From positions 1-64,000 of the forward strand of contig JARKSN010000030.1 in NCBI GenBank assembly GCA_029974275.1: 64,000 bases of DNA, in the 5' to 3' direction. The position numbers and the translations under genes were made by a program. The notes under the pieces are model-generated. The model did no database searches, was not told the DNA's origin, and worked only from the letters and a program-made list of their open reading frames with translations. Each line of letters begins with the position of its first letter. Position 1 is the stretch's first letter. This stretch comes from Candidatus Hydrogenedentota bacterium. Its GTDB lineage: Bacteria > Hydrogenedentota > Hydrogenedentia > Hydrogenedentales > SLHB01. Of the stretch, positions 9,661-18,984 are shown one piece after another.

Positions 9661-11781
9661 CTATTCCACAATCGTTACATCGAGTCGATGCGGCTCCTCT
9701 ATCATCGCTCGATGAAAACAGTAAACGTGGCCATCCTCGGCGCCTACCAGAAGATCAAGATGGCCGTCCCTGTCCCAGTCGATTGCCTGAGGAGCCGTAT
9801 TGTGCCCTTCAAGAATCGGCCCCAGAAGCGCGCCCCGATTTTTAAAGATGAAGTCGCCTATATTTTCGTACCAAACTACGCTTCCCGCTTCCTTGTCTGG
9901 ATTCAATCCCGAATCGCGGATAAGATCAAGGTCGCCATCTCCGTCCCAGTCGATCAACTGCGGGTTGGCGCGTCCGCTTTTTCCCAAAAGACGATCGTTG
10001 AGGGAAAGAGGCGATCCATCTTCCATCCGAAACGGCCGTATCCCTGGAGCGAACTGATTTCCCTGGGGCTTGAATGCGGCAAGAAATCCTTCGTGGTCTA
10101 TGGACAGCAGATCGCACATTCCGTCCTTGTCATAATCCACCAGGAGGGGGCGAGACCTCCATTGCACGATCAGTTCCGTAGGGGCGGGCTTCCACCAATT
10201 CCAGGCGGGACAAAGCGGATCATCGGTCCATGCTACGGATACGGGGGCCATGGAATATACGCGTCCGGGCGCCTCGAAGGCGATCAGCGTGACTCTCCCA
10301 AAACAATTGCTGAAAACGAGATCTGGCTTCCCATCGCCGTTGACGTCTCCCGTAGAAGGAGATGTGTAGCCCCATTTTCGCTCGTTGGGGCCTTGGGGGC
10401 TTCCGTTATACCCAGCCTGAATGCGCAGCGGCGCCCCATCGACCTCCAAACGCTGGCCCGCCTCGAAGGAATTTCCGGTCCATCGGAACCACGTGAGGCA
10501 ACCGGCTGTGTCGCCCAGAAACAAATCGCGGGTGGATTCGTCGAGCCAGGGAGCGGCCAGACCGCCCGCCTTCAGCGCGGCGCCCTCTTCGCGCAGGAAG
10601 ATTTCCTCCTCGAATTGTGGCGCGCCCTGCACAACCCCCTGGTTGAGGAAGACTCCGATGCGGCCGTCCTCTTCGCCCACGACGAGGTCTGGCTTGCCGT
10701 CGCGGTTCCAGTCGCAAACGACGGGAATCATCATGCATAAGCCGATGCGCATGGGCCCTTTGGCGGTCATCAGGGGACGCGGCGCGGCAAGTATCGGCGT
10801 TCGGCCCACTCCCAAATTCTCGAAATAGAAGAAGTCGTCGCAAGGGCCGCTGCAAATGAGGTCCATATCGCCGTCGCCGTCCCAATCGGCCGCGCAGGGG
10901 AAGGGGTCGCCGTTCATCACGATGGGACGGTCTTCCGCCTCCAGCGCGACGGGAGGCGCATAGACGGGGGCTGCATTCGATCCGGTGTTTTTATAAAACC
11001 AGACGTAGCCGTTGGCGGTCCCGCCCAGCCACTTTCCGTTGCTATCATACCGAGCGTCGCGCACGACGCCGCGCACGTCCTTGGCGGCGGCGAGGATATC
11101 GACCGCGCCGTCGCCGTCCCAGTCCACGGGCCGAACCGTGAAATTGCGCGGGGCGTCCGCCGGCACGGTGAACGGCAACGGGGCCGATTGGGCCATGCCG
11201 TTTTTCCTCACATCGGCGCACCAGACGGTCCGGCCAATGATGTCCAATTTGCCATCGCCGTCCAAGTCTCCGAGCGAAGGCCCTTCAATGCCGTCGCCGA
11301 TCCGGGCTGTCTGACAGAACACGCCGTCCGGTCCTTGGAGGTATACGTATACGCCGCCCTGACATCGATCGGTGCAACTGTACAGGAGGTCCCAATCGCC
11401 GTCGCCGTCCCAGTCCAGCGGCATTCCCGCTCCCCAAAGCCCCACGCCGAGATCCGCCACGACGTCCGCGCGTCCGTAATCCAACATGTCGCCGCCGCCG
11501 GCGAAAACAACCGGAATGGGCGCTGGTTCGGGATTTGCCTCGATGCGGTAGCGGTGCGCGGCGGTGGCGTCGTCGGTCCTGGTGAAAAATACGTATCTTT
11601 TACCGCGCCGTTGCTGCGTTTTGCTGGGCGCTTCCTTGCCGGAGTCCGCATCGAACACGCGCGCGGTTCGCACGGACTCGTCCACTACACATCGTGCGGG
11701 CGCGTCATTCCAAGCTTTTGAATAGGCTGGCGCCTCCACCATCATTCCCGCTGCAAAGAGCGCCACGAGTTCCGCGATCAT
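9661..11781 (-). CDS. FG-GAP/VCBS repeat beta-propeller protein, probably exported
   Basis: Many DWDGDGDxDL Ca-binding repeats; strong RBS GGAGGAG before ATG 11781. Confidence 0.85.
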   Translation of the reverse strand: MIAELVALFAAGMMVEAPAYSKAWNDAPARCVVDESVRTARVFDADSGKEAPSKTQQRRGKRYVFFTRTDDATAAHRYRIEANPEPAPIPVVFAGGGDMLDYGRADVVADLGVGLWGAGMPLDWDGDGDWDLLYSCTDRCQGGVYVYLQGPDGVFCQTARIGDGIEGPSLGDLDGDGKLDIIGRTVWCADVRKNGMAQSAPLPFTVPADAPRNFTVRPVDWDGDGAVDILAAAKDVRGVVRDARYDSNGKWLGGTANGYVWFYKNTGSNAAPVYAPPVALEAEDRPIVMNGDPFPCAADWDGDGDMDLICSGPCDDFFYFENLGVGRTPILAAPRPLMTAKGPMRIGLCMMIPVVCDWNRDGKPDLVVGEEDGRIGVFLNQGVVQGAPQFEEEIFLREEGAALKAGGLAAPWLDESTRDLFLGDTAGCLTWFRWTGNSFEAGQRLEVDGAPLRIQAGYNGSPQGPNERKWGYTSPSTGDVNGDGKPDLVFSNCFGRVTLIAFEAPGRVYSMAPVSVAWTDDPLCPAWNWWKPAPTELIVQWRSRPLLVDYDKDGMCDLLSIDHEGFLAAFKPQGNQFAPGIRPFRMEDGSPLSLNDRLLGKSGRANPQLIDWDGDGDLDLIRDSGLNPDKEAGSVVWYENIGDFIFKNRGALLGPILEGHNTAPQAIDWDRDGHLDLLVGAEDGHVYCFHRAMIEEPHRLDVTIVE

Positions 11782-11892
11782 GGTTTCTCCTCCCGCTCGT
11801 TGTGGGTCGCAAAGACGGTAGTGTCGCACAAGTGGATGGCGTTGTTCGACCCTCTTGCCTGGAGCGCGAAACGCGGCGATAATGCCCCTGAT

Positions 11893-12765
11893 ATGAAGGA
11901 GCAACATCGCGAAACAGATAGTGCACGCGTATCCTGGGGCGCGCTATGGCGCGAGGGGATGTGCTGCGCCGCGCGCAACCTGGCATCGCGCCCCGGTTCG
12001 AAACCGTTTCGCGATGCCTTGCGGCTGGCGTTGTGTCCCGTCGACTTCTGGCGTTATTTCGAGTTTGGGGCGGCGCTGAGCGTTTACAGAGGCGAGAGCC
12101 CTGTGCTCGATGTCGGCAGCCCGAAATTGCTGGCGCGCGTGTGGGCCCAGCATTTCGGCGCCGAAGTATGGGCAACGGACATCGTTCCGGGCGTGCTGGA
12201 AGAATGCGGCGCGTATGGGCGCGGCCTGCGACGCGGCGCGATCTTGGGGCGCGTCGTTGACGCCGCCGCGATGGATTTCGCGGACGAATCATTTCCGTTC
12301 GTCTGTTCGATCAGCGTCGTGGAACATATCGCCGGGGAGGGCGATAGCCGGGCGCTGCAAGAAATCGCACGCGTGTTGCGGCCGGGAGGTCGGGCTGTCG
12401 TCACCGTTCCGTACGTGCCGCGATATGCAGAATCGTGGCGCGATCGCGACCCGTACGGACGCCAAATCCGTGATGCCGCCGGGCGCGTATTCTTTTCGCG
12501 CTACTATGATCGGGACGCGATCCAGGAACGACTTGTACTGCCTTCGGGGCTTTCGCTGATTTCGCTGCAGGCATGGCAGGAACGCCGCGATGGCTGGTAC
12601 AACGCCTATATCCGGAGAACGGCCTGCCCCCTTCATCCCGCGGCGATGATCACCAAGGCGCTTGACCCGCTCTGGGCAAGAACCCAGGTGGAGCCGGTTC
12701 CTGACGCCTCTCGGGGCGTTTCGCGGCATGGGCTTGCCGCGCTCGTATTCGCGAAGAATCGATGA
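11893..12765 (+). CDS. Class I SAM-dependent methyltransferase
   Basis: VLDVGS, ISVVEHI, EIARVLRPGG; start uncertain; TTGCCT-N17-GATAAT at 11855-11883. Confidence 0.8.
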   Translation: MKEQHRETDSARVSWGALWREGMCCAARNLASRPGSKPFRDALRLALCPVDFWRYFEFGAALSVYRGESPVLDVGSPKLLARVWAQHFGAEVWATDIVPGVLEECGAYGRGLRRGAILGRVVDAAAMDFADESFPFVCSISVVEHIAGEGDSRALQEIARVLRPGGRAVVTVPYVPRYAESWRDRDPYGRQIRDAAGRVFFSRYYDRDAIQERLVLPSGLSLISLQAWQERRDGWYNAYIRRTACPLHPAAMITKALDPLWARTQVEPVPDASRGVSRHGLAALVFAKNR

Positions 12766-13016
12766 CGGAACGGTCGCCGCGGTTTGTCTGGCAACAGGCA
12801 TAGTGGTCGAAGGGTCCGCGCATATGCTCCGGTTCCGCGGCGTTGAGGTTGGACATTCGCGCATTGGCCGTGTACCCTATGGAGACGGCGCACACGCCGT
12901 CGGCGGTCTTCTGGGCCGTTTCATACACTATCCGCTTTGAGGGATGACCGTTTCCGGCGCGAAACGTGTTTGTCCTCTCTGAAACCATCGTTGGCAAGAA
13001 AGTGCGAGAGAACGCC

Positions 13017-14858
13017 ATGAAGACGTGGGTCCCCAGGCATGTATCCCGGTTGTTGTTGGTTGTCCTGTTGGCGACGCCAGTATACGCCGCCCCATCCGGG
13101 GAGGAACCGGAACCACAGCTCGATCCGTTGAGCCGTGCGCCGCTTGATCCCTCCGTTTCCTCGGCATATACGCCGCGCGGGGGCGAAGCGGCGTCCGCAT
13201 TGCCGAGCAAATACCCGCCCGATGCAACCGCCATGTTGCTCAACTATTGCCGTGAGTCGCTGTTTCGCATCGCAGAGTTCAATGATCGAACGGTGTTGGA
13301 CGAGGAATACGGCAAGTTGGTCAATAACGTGGATGTAACGCGGATTCAGGATGACGAAATTGCGGAGATTTTCAAGCTTTTCCTGACGGAATTGGACGCT
13401 CTCAAGTTGAATGCGGATGAAAAGGAGCGGATTGTGGCCGCGTACAATCGTCAAATACAGTCGAGCGTCCTTCAGTATTTCCGCCCTGGAAAGGGCATTC
13501 AGGACCTTAAGAGCGCGGGCATTCCGGTGGGCGGAAACAGCCCCGCCGCGTTGGCGTGCAAGGGAATCTTGATCGTCGCGTCAGGAATCGCCAATTACAA
13601 GAGTTCGGTGACCAAGCTTCAACAAGAGGCCGGAGCGCGCATTGCTGCGTTGACCGGCGAGGAACTCAAGCGATTGACGACGTTGCGCACCCAGTTTTTC
13701 GATACCGAATACCGGATATACAAGCGGTATGGCCTGTCCGATCGACTGAATCTCAAGGAAGTTCAGCTGGAACAGTATCTGAAGGTGCTGGCGGATGAAG
13801 ACAGCCATCGGCGCCTTGAACGTCTGGACCGTCTGAAAGACGATTTCGCCGCCTTTCCTCCGTTCTGGTATCAATTGGGCCGCGCCGCCCAGGAAAGCGG
13901 CAATCGTTCGCTGGCGCTGGCGCACTATGCGCATTTCGAACAGGTTTACACGCGCGTGTTTCGGGAGGATCCGGATTACGTAATGCTCTGCATGCACCGG
14001 GTGTTGCTGTGGGATCCGCAGCGGGATCGAGGGGCGATCGTGCGCGATCTCCAGACGATCGAACGCCACACGAAGTATTATTACAAATGGGAGAGCGTGC
14101 TGTTCGCCGCGTTGACGTATTACCAGATCGGCGACCTCGAAAACGCGCGGCGGCTTATTCAAACCAGCATCCATGAGGGATACAACGTTCCCTTTCATGA
14201 GGAAATCCGCACGAAAATGGAGAGCGAGGCCGCCCGAGATGCGCTGCGCCACACCGCGCGGGACCTTTTCGCCAAGACGGATGCGGTCGCCGTGGAAGCG
14301 TTGCGCCGCGTGGGGCCGGCGCAGCGGATCGAAGTGCTGCGCATGCTTGGCCCCCGCGTGACGGGCATTGCGTTTTCGGTGAAGCCCCGTTCCCATGCGG
14401 CGCAGCATGCCTCGTACGCGGTGCCGGTGTACAATCTGTATTCCATCGGCAGGAGCGTTCTGAAAGGCGACGCATACAACGACAACGTGATCGCGCATGT
14501 GCCGATGGAATGGTTTCGGGGCGATCAGCCGAAGATCACGTTGAGCTTTCTGGGGCGTTCCTTCAAGCCCGTTGCGCGCTGGCGCAACAAAGAGTTGGAT
14601 ACGATGGAACTGGAATTTTCGCGGGTGTTCGAGCAGGACGATGTCGTCAAGCGCAAGATGTCGCGACAGCTCCGGTTGCGCATCGAGGCTTTGGAGACGA
14701 CGCTGGATTTCACGTACGACGTCAAACCCGTCACCGCCGAGATGATCACGGTGAGGCCCGAATTGTCGCTCGATACGCCGTTTTTTGATTTGATGACCAT
14801 CGAATATGCGGGAGACCGTTTCCGTATCGATGGCGGATTGGTCGTGTCGGCGCCGTAG
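13017..14858 (+). CDS. Exported hypothetical protein, helical/coiled-coil with TPR-like repeats
   Basis: Signal peptide (LLLVVLLATPVYA), TPR-like FWYQLGRAAQESGN and ALTYYQIGDLENAR; long ORF. Confidence 0.7.
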   Translation: MKTWVPRHVSRLLLVVLLATPVYAAPSGEEPEPQLDPLSRAPLDPSVSSAYTPRGGEAASALPSKYPPDATAMLLNYCRESLFRIAEFNDRTVLDEEYGKLVNNVDVTRIQDDEIAEIFKLFLTELDALKLNADEKERIVAAYNRQIQSSVLQYFRPGKGIQDLKSAGIPVGGNSPAALACKGILIVASGIANYKSSVTKLQQEAGARIAALTGEELKRLTTLRTQFFDTEYRIYKRYGLSDRLNLKEVQLEQYLKVLADEDSHRRLERLDRLKDDFAAFPPFWYQLGRAAQESGNRSLALAHYAHFEQVYTRVFREDPDYVMLCMHRVLLWDPQRDRGAIVRDLQTIERHTKYYYKWESVLFAALTYYQIGDLENARRLIQTSIHEGYNVPFHEEIRTKMESEAARDALRHTARDLFAKTDAVAVEALRRVGPAQRIEVLRMLGPRVTGIAFSVKPRSHAAQHASYAVPVYNLYSIGRSVLKGDAYNDNVIAHVPMEWFRGDQPKITLSFLGRSFKPVARWRNKELDTMELEFSRVFEQDDVVKRKMSRQLRLRIEALETTLDFTYDVKPVTAEMITVRPELSLDTPFFDLMTIEYAGDRFRIDGGLVVSAP

Positions 14859-15002
14859 CCACGCGATCCTCGCTGGGGAAAGATACGCCAGCGCTTCCGG
14901 GCGCGACGGGCAATCCGGCGGCGGCTCCCAAGCGGCGATATCTCGCCTCAACGGCGAACGGGAATTGCGGGCCGACTTCAAAGAGCGTTTTGCGCGACGG
15001 GA

Positions 15003-16223
15003 TCACGCATAGGTTTCGGCGGCTTCCTTGGCGCACTGTGTCCATTCGTGCAGACGATTGGGATGTCCGGCCAAGGTCTCCAACTCCCGCAGCACAATCT
15101 GGTAGCGATATCCGTGGAGCCGGCGCGCGCCGTCCATCAGATCGCGTCGGATTCGCTGGACATCGTCGGGGAAGACCACATCACTGGCCTTCTGACGCCA
15201 CATGATGCAGCACTGTTTCCCCGCTTTTTCGATCACGACGTCCAGATTCGTCCACGCGCTGCACGTGAGGATGCGCAGGTTGGGTATGGTGAGGACGCCG
15301 TCGATTTTCTGGGTCAAGTTTTCGCAGCAGCCATACCCAACCGCGCCGAAACGATCGAAGATAGGCTTCTGGTATGCGAGACAATACTCCTCCCACATTT
15401 CCGGCGAAACCTGATCGAATTCTTGTGAATTCGCCATGCACCAAAGATTCTTGCAGGTGAGATTTCCATCGGGCGGCGCCGGGCCGAGGGGATCGCTGCA
15501 CGTCATCGGTCCAGTGTTGTTGGGGGTGATAAGGCCCGTTGCTTCGAGTTGATCCAGGGCGGAAAGCGCGGCGTCTCGCAAATAAGCCATCAGTTGATGA
15601 CAGAAATCCGGCTCGATTGCCATATCCAGCATCATTTGTTCGAGGCCGCGCAGATCCGCGGCGGCAGTCCCGAGGGTGGCGCTCAGAAGGGGTTCCGCGA
15701 CTATCCTGACCGGCAGGATGTCGCCCAGCAGGTCCTCGATTCGCGCCTTGTGCGCGCGCGTTCGTTCCGCGCAGTGCGTAAAGCGCGGCAACCGAAGCTT
15801 GGCGATGTCCCTTATCTCCTTGAGGGGAGGATCGTAGGCCCAAGCCCCGCCGACTGGGCTGGGCGCATGGCGCCCAATTTCCACGCCCCAAACATTGGGG
15901 GGATCGCTTTGAAACGCCGCGGCGACAGGGACGAAATCGTCGACGGGCTGATCATCGTCGATGGCGCGTTTGTGGATGATCTGGAGAAAGTGGCGCTCCA
16001 AATAGCGCAGCAGCGGGTCCGTGCATGCCAACATGGTTTCGGGGATGATTTCCTTCCAGCATCCCACCGGCCGGCACCACACGGGGGCACGATCGGGTTT
16101 TCGCAAGGCGTTCACGTCGGCCCAGCGTTTCTTGATCGCGGCCATCCTGGGTTCCTGCGCGATGACTGCGACGCGCCGGGCCAGTTCCCGTATACGGTCA
16201 ACCTCGTGTCTTGGGCAATTCAT
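15003..16223 (-). CDS. Uroporphyrinogen decarboxylase/MtaA-like TIM-barrel protein of unknown function
   Basis: LRGLEQMMLDM..EP, SQEFDQVSPEMWEEY, YGCCE; start could be 16283. Confidence 0.7.
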   Translation of the reverse strand: MNCPRHEVDRIRELARRVAVIAQEPRMAAIKKRWADVNALRKPDRAPVWCRPVGCWKEIIPETMLACTDPLLRYLERHFLQIIHKRAIDDDQPVDDFVPVAAAFQSDPPNVWGVEIGRHAPSPVGGAWAYDPPLKEIRDIAKLRLPRFTHCAERTRAHKARIEDLLGDILPVRIVAEPLLSATLGTAAADLRGLEQMMLDMAIEPDFCHQLMAYLRDAALSALDQLEATGLITPNNTGPMTCSDPLGPAPPDGNLTCKNLWCMANSQEFDQVSPEMWEEYCLAYQKPIFDRFGAVGYGCCENLTQKIDGVLTIPNLRILTCSAWTNLDVVIEKAGKQCCIMWRQKASDVVFPDDVQRIRRDLMDGARRLHGYRYQIVLRELETLAGHPNRLHEWTQCAKEAAETYA

Positions 16224-16311
16224 GATCGCACTCCAATCCACAGCCCCATCTCCCGGTTCGAGCGTCGCGGCGGCGCAGTTCATAGCCGGCGTTTTGCTCA
16301 GGCGCCGGGGA

Positions 16312-16372
16312 AGTATAACGCAGCGTCGCGGTTATGGCAACGTTGCCATGCTGATGCCCGGCGTGCTATGCT
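16312..16372. promoter_or_regulatory. Bidirectional promoter centred on a perfect 16-bp palindrome (LacI-type operator candidate)
   Basis: ATGGCAACGTTGCCAT at 16334-16349; minus strand TTGCCA-N17-TATACT, plus strand TTGCCA-N18-TATGCT with TGn extension. Confidence 0.65.
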
Positions 16373-16433
16373 GCCAACCGAGACACGCCGCACGGACCGT
16401 GAAATAACAACCACATGCCATGGAGACGCACAG

Positions 16434-17561
16434 ATGACGCCTCGGGAACGATATCTGGAAACCCTGCTGTTTGGCGCCCCCGACCGGATCCCTTTTCAGC
16501 CCGGCGGACCGCGCGAGAAGACGCTGAAGCGATGGCGTCAGGAGGGACTGCCCGAGAGCGGGGATTGGTTCCTGCACCTGTGCCGCGAAATCGGCGTGCA
16601 GCCCGAAGTTCCGAACGCGCCGGTTGCCCATCCGGGCGTGAATTTTCGTATGAACCCCGTATTCGAGGAGAAAGTGATCGAGCACAAGGATGGGCATTAT
16701 ATTGTCCAGGATTGGATGGGAAACATCACGGAGATTTCTGACGAGTACGATTACACCTACATCCGTGACGCGAAAGACTTTGTGACCCGGAAATGGCATG
16801 CGTTCCCTGTAGCGACCCGCGCCGATTTCGACGCCATGAAGAAGCGCTACAATCCCGATGACCCGTCCCGGTATCCGGCGGATTTCGCGGATCGGGTCAA
16901 GGTCATGCGGGAACGGGATTACGTCGTGCAAATCGGGTTTCCGGGCCCTTTTTGGCAGTTGCGCGAGTGGTGCGGCTTCGAGCCACTGTGCCTGTTGTTC
17001 CTGGAGGATCCTGAGTTCGTGCGGGAGATGGTCGATTTCTGGACGATGTTCGTCTCGCGCACCATGGCCCGCGTGTTGGACGCCGGCGTGGTAGACGCCA
17101 TCTGGATCAGCGAGGACATGGCGTACAAGGAAAAGAGCATGATCAGCCCGCACATGGCCCGGGAATTCCTACTGCCCGCATGGTCCCGGTGGGTTTCGGA
17201 AGGACGGCATGCCGGGGTTCGTGTGTTCGACATGGATTCGGACGGGCGGGTCGACGACCTAATCCCGTTGTGGATCGAGGCGGGCATCAATGTCTGCGAT
17301 CCCATCGAAGTGGCGGCCGGTTGCGACATCAACGCGTACCGCGCCGCGTTTGGGCATGGCATCGCATACCGGCAAGGCGTGGACAAACGTTGCATCGCCA
17401 AGGGCGGCAACGATATGGAACAGGAACTCGCGCGCGTCGCGCCGGTCCTCGAGGATGGCGGATACATTCCCGGTTGCGATCACGGCGTTCCTCACGACAT
17501 TTCCTGGTTGCACTTCGTCCGCTACGCAAAACGCCTTGCGGAAATGACCGGCTGGTTATAG
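16434..17561 (+). CDS. Uroporphyrinogen decarboxylase/MtaA-family protein
   Basis: MTPRER start, EDMAYK..MISP, MDSDG, GGYIPGCDHGVP; GGAG RBS. Confidence 0.82.
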   Translation: MTPRERYLETLLFGAPDRIPFQPGGPREKTLKRWRQEGLPESGDWFLHLCREIGVQPEVPNAPVAHPGVNFRMNPVFEEKVIEHKDGHYIVQDWMGNITEISDEYDYTYIRDAKDFVTRKWHAFPVATRADFDAMKKRYNPDDPSRYPADFADRVKVMRERDYVVQIGFPGPFWQLREWCGFEPLCLLFLEDPEFVREMVDFWTMFVSRTMARVLDAGVVDAIWISEDMAYKEKSMISPHMAREFLLPAWSRWVSEGRHAGVRVFDMDSDGRVDDLIPLWIEAGINVCDPIEVAAGCDINAYRAAFGHGIAYRQGVDKRCIAKGGNDMEQELARVAPVLEDGGYIPGCDHGVPHDISWLHFVRYAKRLAEMTGWL

Positions 17562-17632
17562 ATCCCGTTGCGCAGTTTGCGTTGTGACGCAAACGTCTCC
17601 GAACGAACGGTTCCACCCTGGAGGAAATTCGC

Positions 17633-18856
17633 ATGTCATCTTTCATCGTTGCACTTGCCATGATGGGATCGATCGCGCCCCCGCCGGACGCTGTCATCGC
17701 CCCGCTCCCCCGTATTTGCCCTCGCGACGGAAGATTCGTGGAAAAGGTCTCGGGCAAGACCTTTCATCCTGCGGGCTTCCACTACATTCGCATCCTGCCC
17801 GAGGGGCCTCATTACGTGTTTGCGCCGACGAAGTATGATCCGGACCGGGCCGAAGCAATGCTTTCGGATCTAGAGCGGCACGGCTTCAACGTGGTGCGCG
17901 TCTTCCTCGGGGCGCTCGAACTGACCCAAGGAGACGCGTTGTCGGAAGAATTTGTCGACAATCTGGCCGATTTCATCACGCGCGCAACCCGCCACCGGGT
18001 GTACGTCTTGCCGGTGGTCGACTGGCTCCCCCCATCCAACCGCTATAAGAGCATCTTGGCCAACGCCCGTCCGGACGTTGGCGGGATGCAGGCAATGTTC
18101 ATGGATGCCGCCCATACGCAATCGAAGAAGCTCTATCTCACCGACCTCATTGGGATGTTGAAGAAGCGGATCCCTGCCCTCCTCTCGACGGTGTTCGCGT
18201 ACGAACTCGAGAACGAGGTGAACGCGGATCTGACGTGTCCGCCTTTCTCGCAGGCCAACGGCTCTTTCGCGTATAAAGGCAAGACGTACAACCTCGCGAA
18301 CGATCGGGCGCTGCAAAAATTGCTCGATGCCGCCATCATCGACAATGCCAATGCTCTCGTAGCGGCGATCCACACGGAAGACCCCGATGCGATGGCGGCC
18401 TATAGCGTGTTCACATATGCAGCGGTCGGCCGCAGCGGCCCCGGCAAGATGCGCAGCGACACGTCGCCGGACACGCGCTGTCCAATACGCCCGATCGCGT
18501 TGGCGAGATCCGACCTCTCGTATGTCGATCTTCATTTCTACGCACCGTCCCCGGAAGGCTTTCGCCGCGACATGGAGGCGGTGGAATGGAACAAGCTCAA
18601 ATCCGTCTGCCGGACTAGAGGAAAACCCATTCTGGCGGGCGAGTACGGCGTGCCTTCGCCCTTGGCTTCCACCGGCGAACAAGCCGCCTCGATTGCGGTT
18701 TGGCATGCAAACGCCATTCGTGAACAAGGTTTGGAGGGCGGCATTTTTTGGACGTATGACTGCCATGAACAACGAGATGTAATCAACGCCAAACAGTTTG
18801 ACGGAGCCATATTCGACGCCTTGGCGGCGTTCCATCGCCGCCGTTCATCGCCGTAA
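17633..18856 (+). CDS. Clan GH-A glycoside hydrolase (GH5/cellulase-like), exported
   Basis: GFNVVRVF, YELENE (acid/base), DLHFY, LAGEYG (nucleophile), FWTY; RBS GGAGG. Confidence 0.78.
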   Translation: MSSFIVALAMMGSIAPPPDAVIAPLPRICPRDGRFVEKVSGKTFHPAGFHYIRILPEGPHYVFAPTKYDPDRAEAMLSDLERHGFNVVRVFLGALELTQGDALSEEFVDNLADFITRATRHRVYVLPVVDWLPPSNRYKSILANARPDVGGMQAMFMDAAHTQSKKLYLTDLIGMLKKRIPALLSTVFAYELENEVNADLTCPPFSQANGSFAYKGKTYNLANDRALQKLLDAAIIDNANALVAAIHTEDPDAMAAYSVFTYAAVGRSGPGKMRSDTSPDTRCPIRPIALARSDLSYVDLHFYAPSPEGFRRDMEAVEWNKLKSVCRTRGKPILAGEYGVPSPLASTGEQAASIAVWHANAIREQGLEGGIFWTYDCHEQRDVINAKQFDGAIFDALAAFHRRRSSP

Positions 18857-18870
18857 CGCGCATCATTCGC

Positions 18871-18899
18871 TTGGCTTCGTGGAAAACAGCGGGTATACT
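18871..18899 (+). promoter_or_regulatory. Putative sigma70 promoter of the GT4-wecA-ligase unit
   Basis: TTGGCT-N17-TATACT. Confidence 0.45.
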
Positions 18900-18984
18900 G
18901 CCGTCGGAGAAACGCTTCGTGGCGCGCACGGAACGCGTTTCCGGGCGCCGCAGTTCGATGACGCGCGGGGGTGTGCATACTCGC

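Noticed and set aside
9661..11781. Recurring GTCGCCGTCCCA-like DNA repeats as a possible CRISPR or other array
   Set aside because: They encode the FG-GAP DWDGDG motifs and have irregular spacing.
15549..16433. N-terminal 295 codons of the 670-aa ORF 15549-17561
   Set aside because: Antisense to the 15003-16223 gene; the credible start is ATG 16434 (MTPRER) with RBS and promoter.
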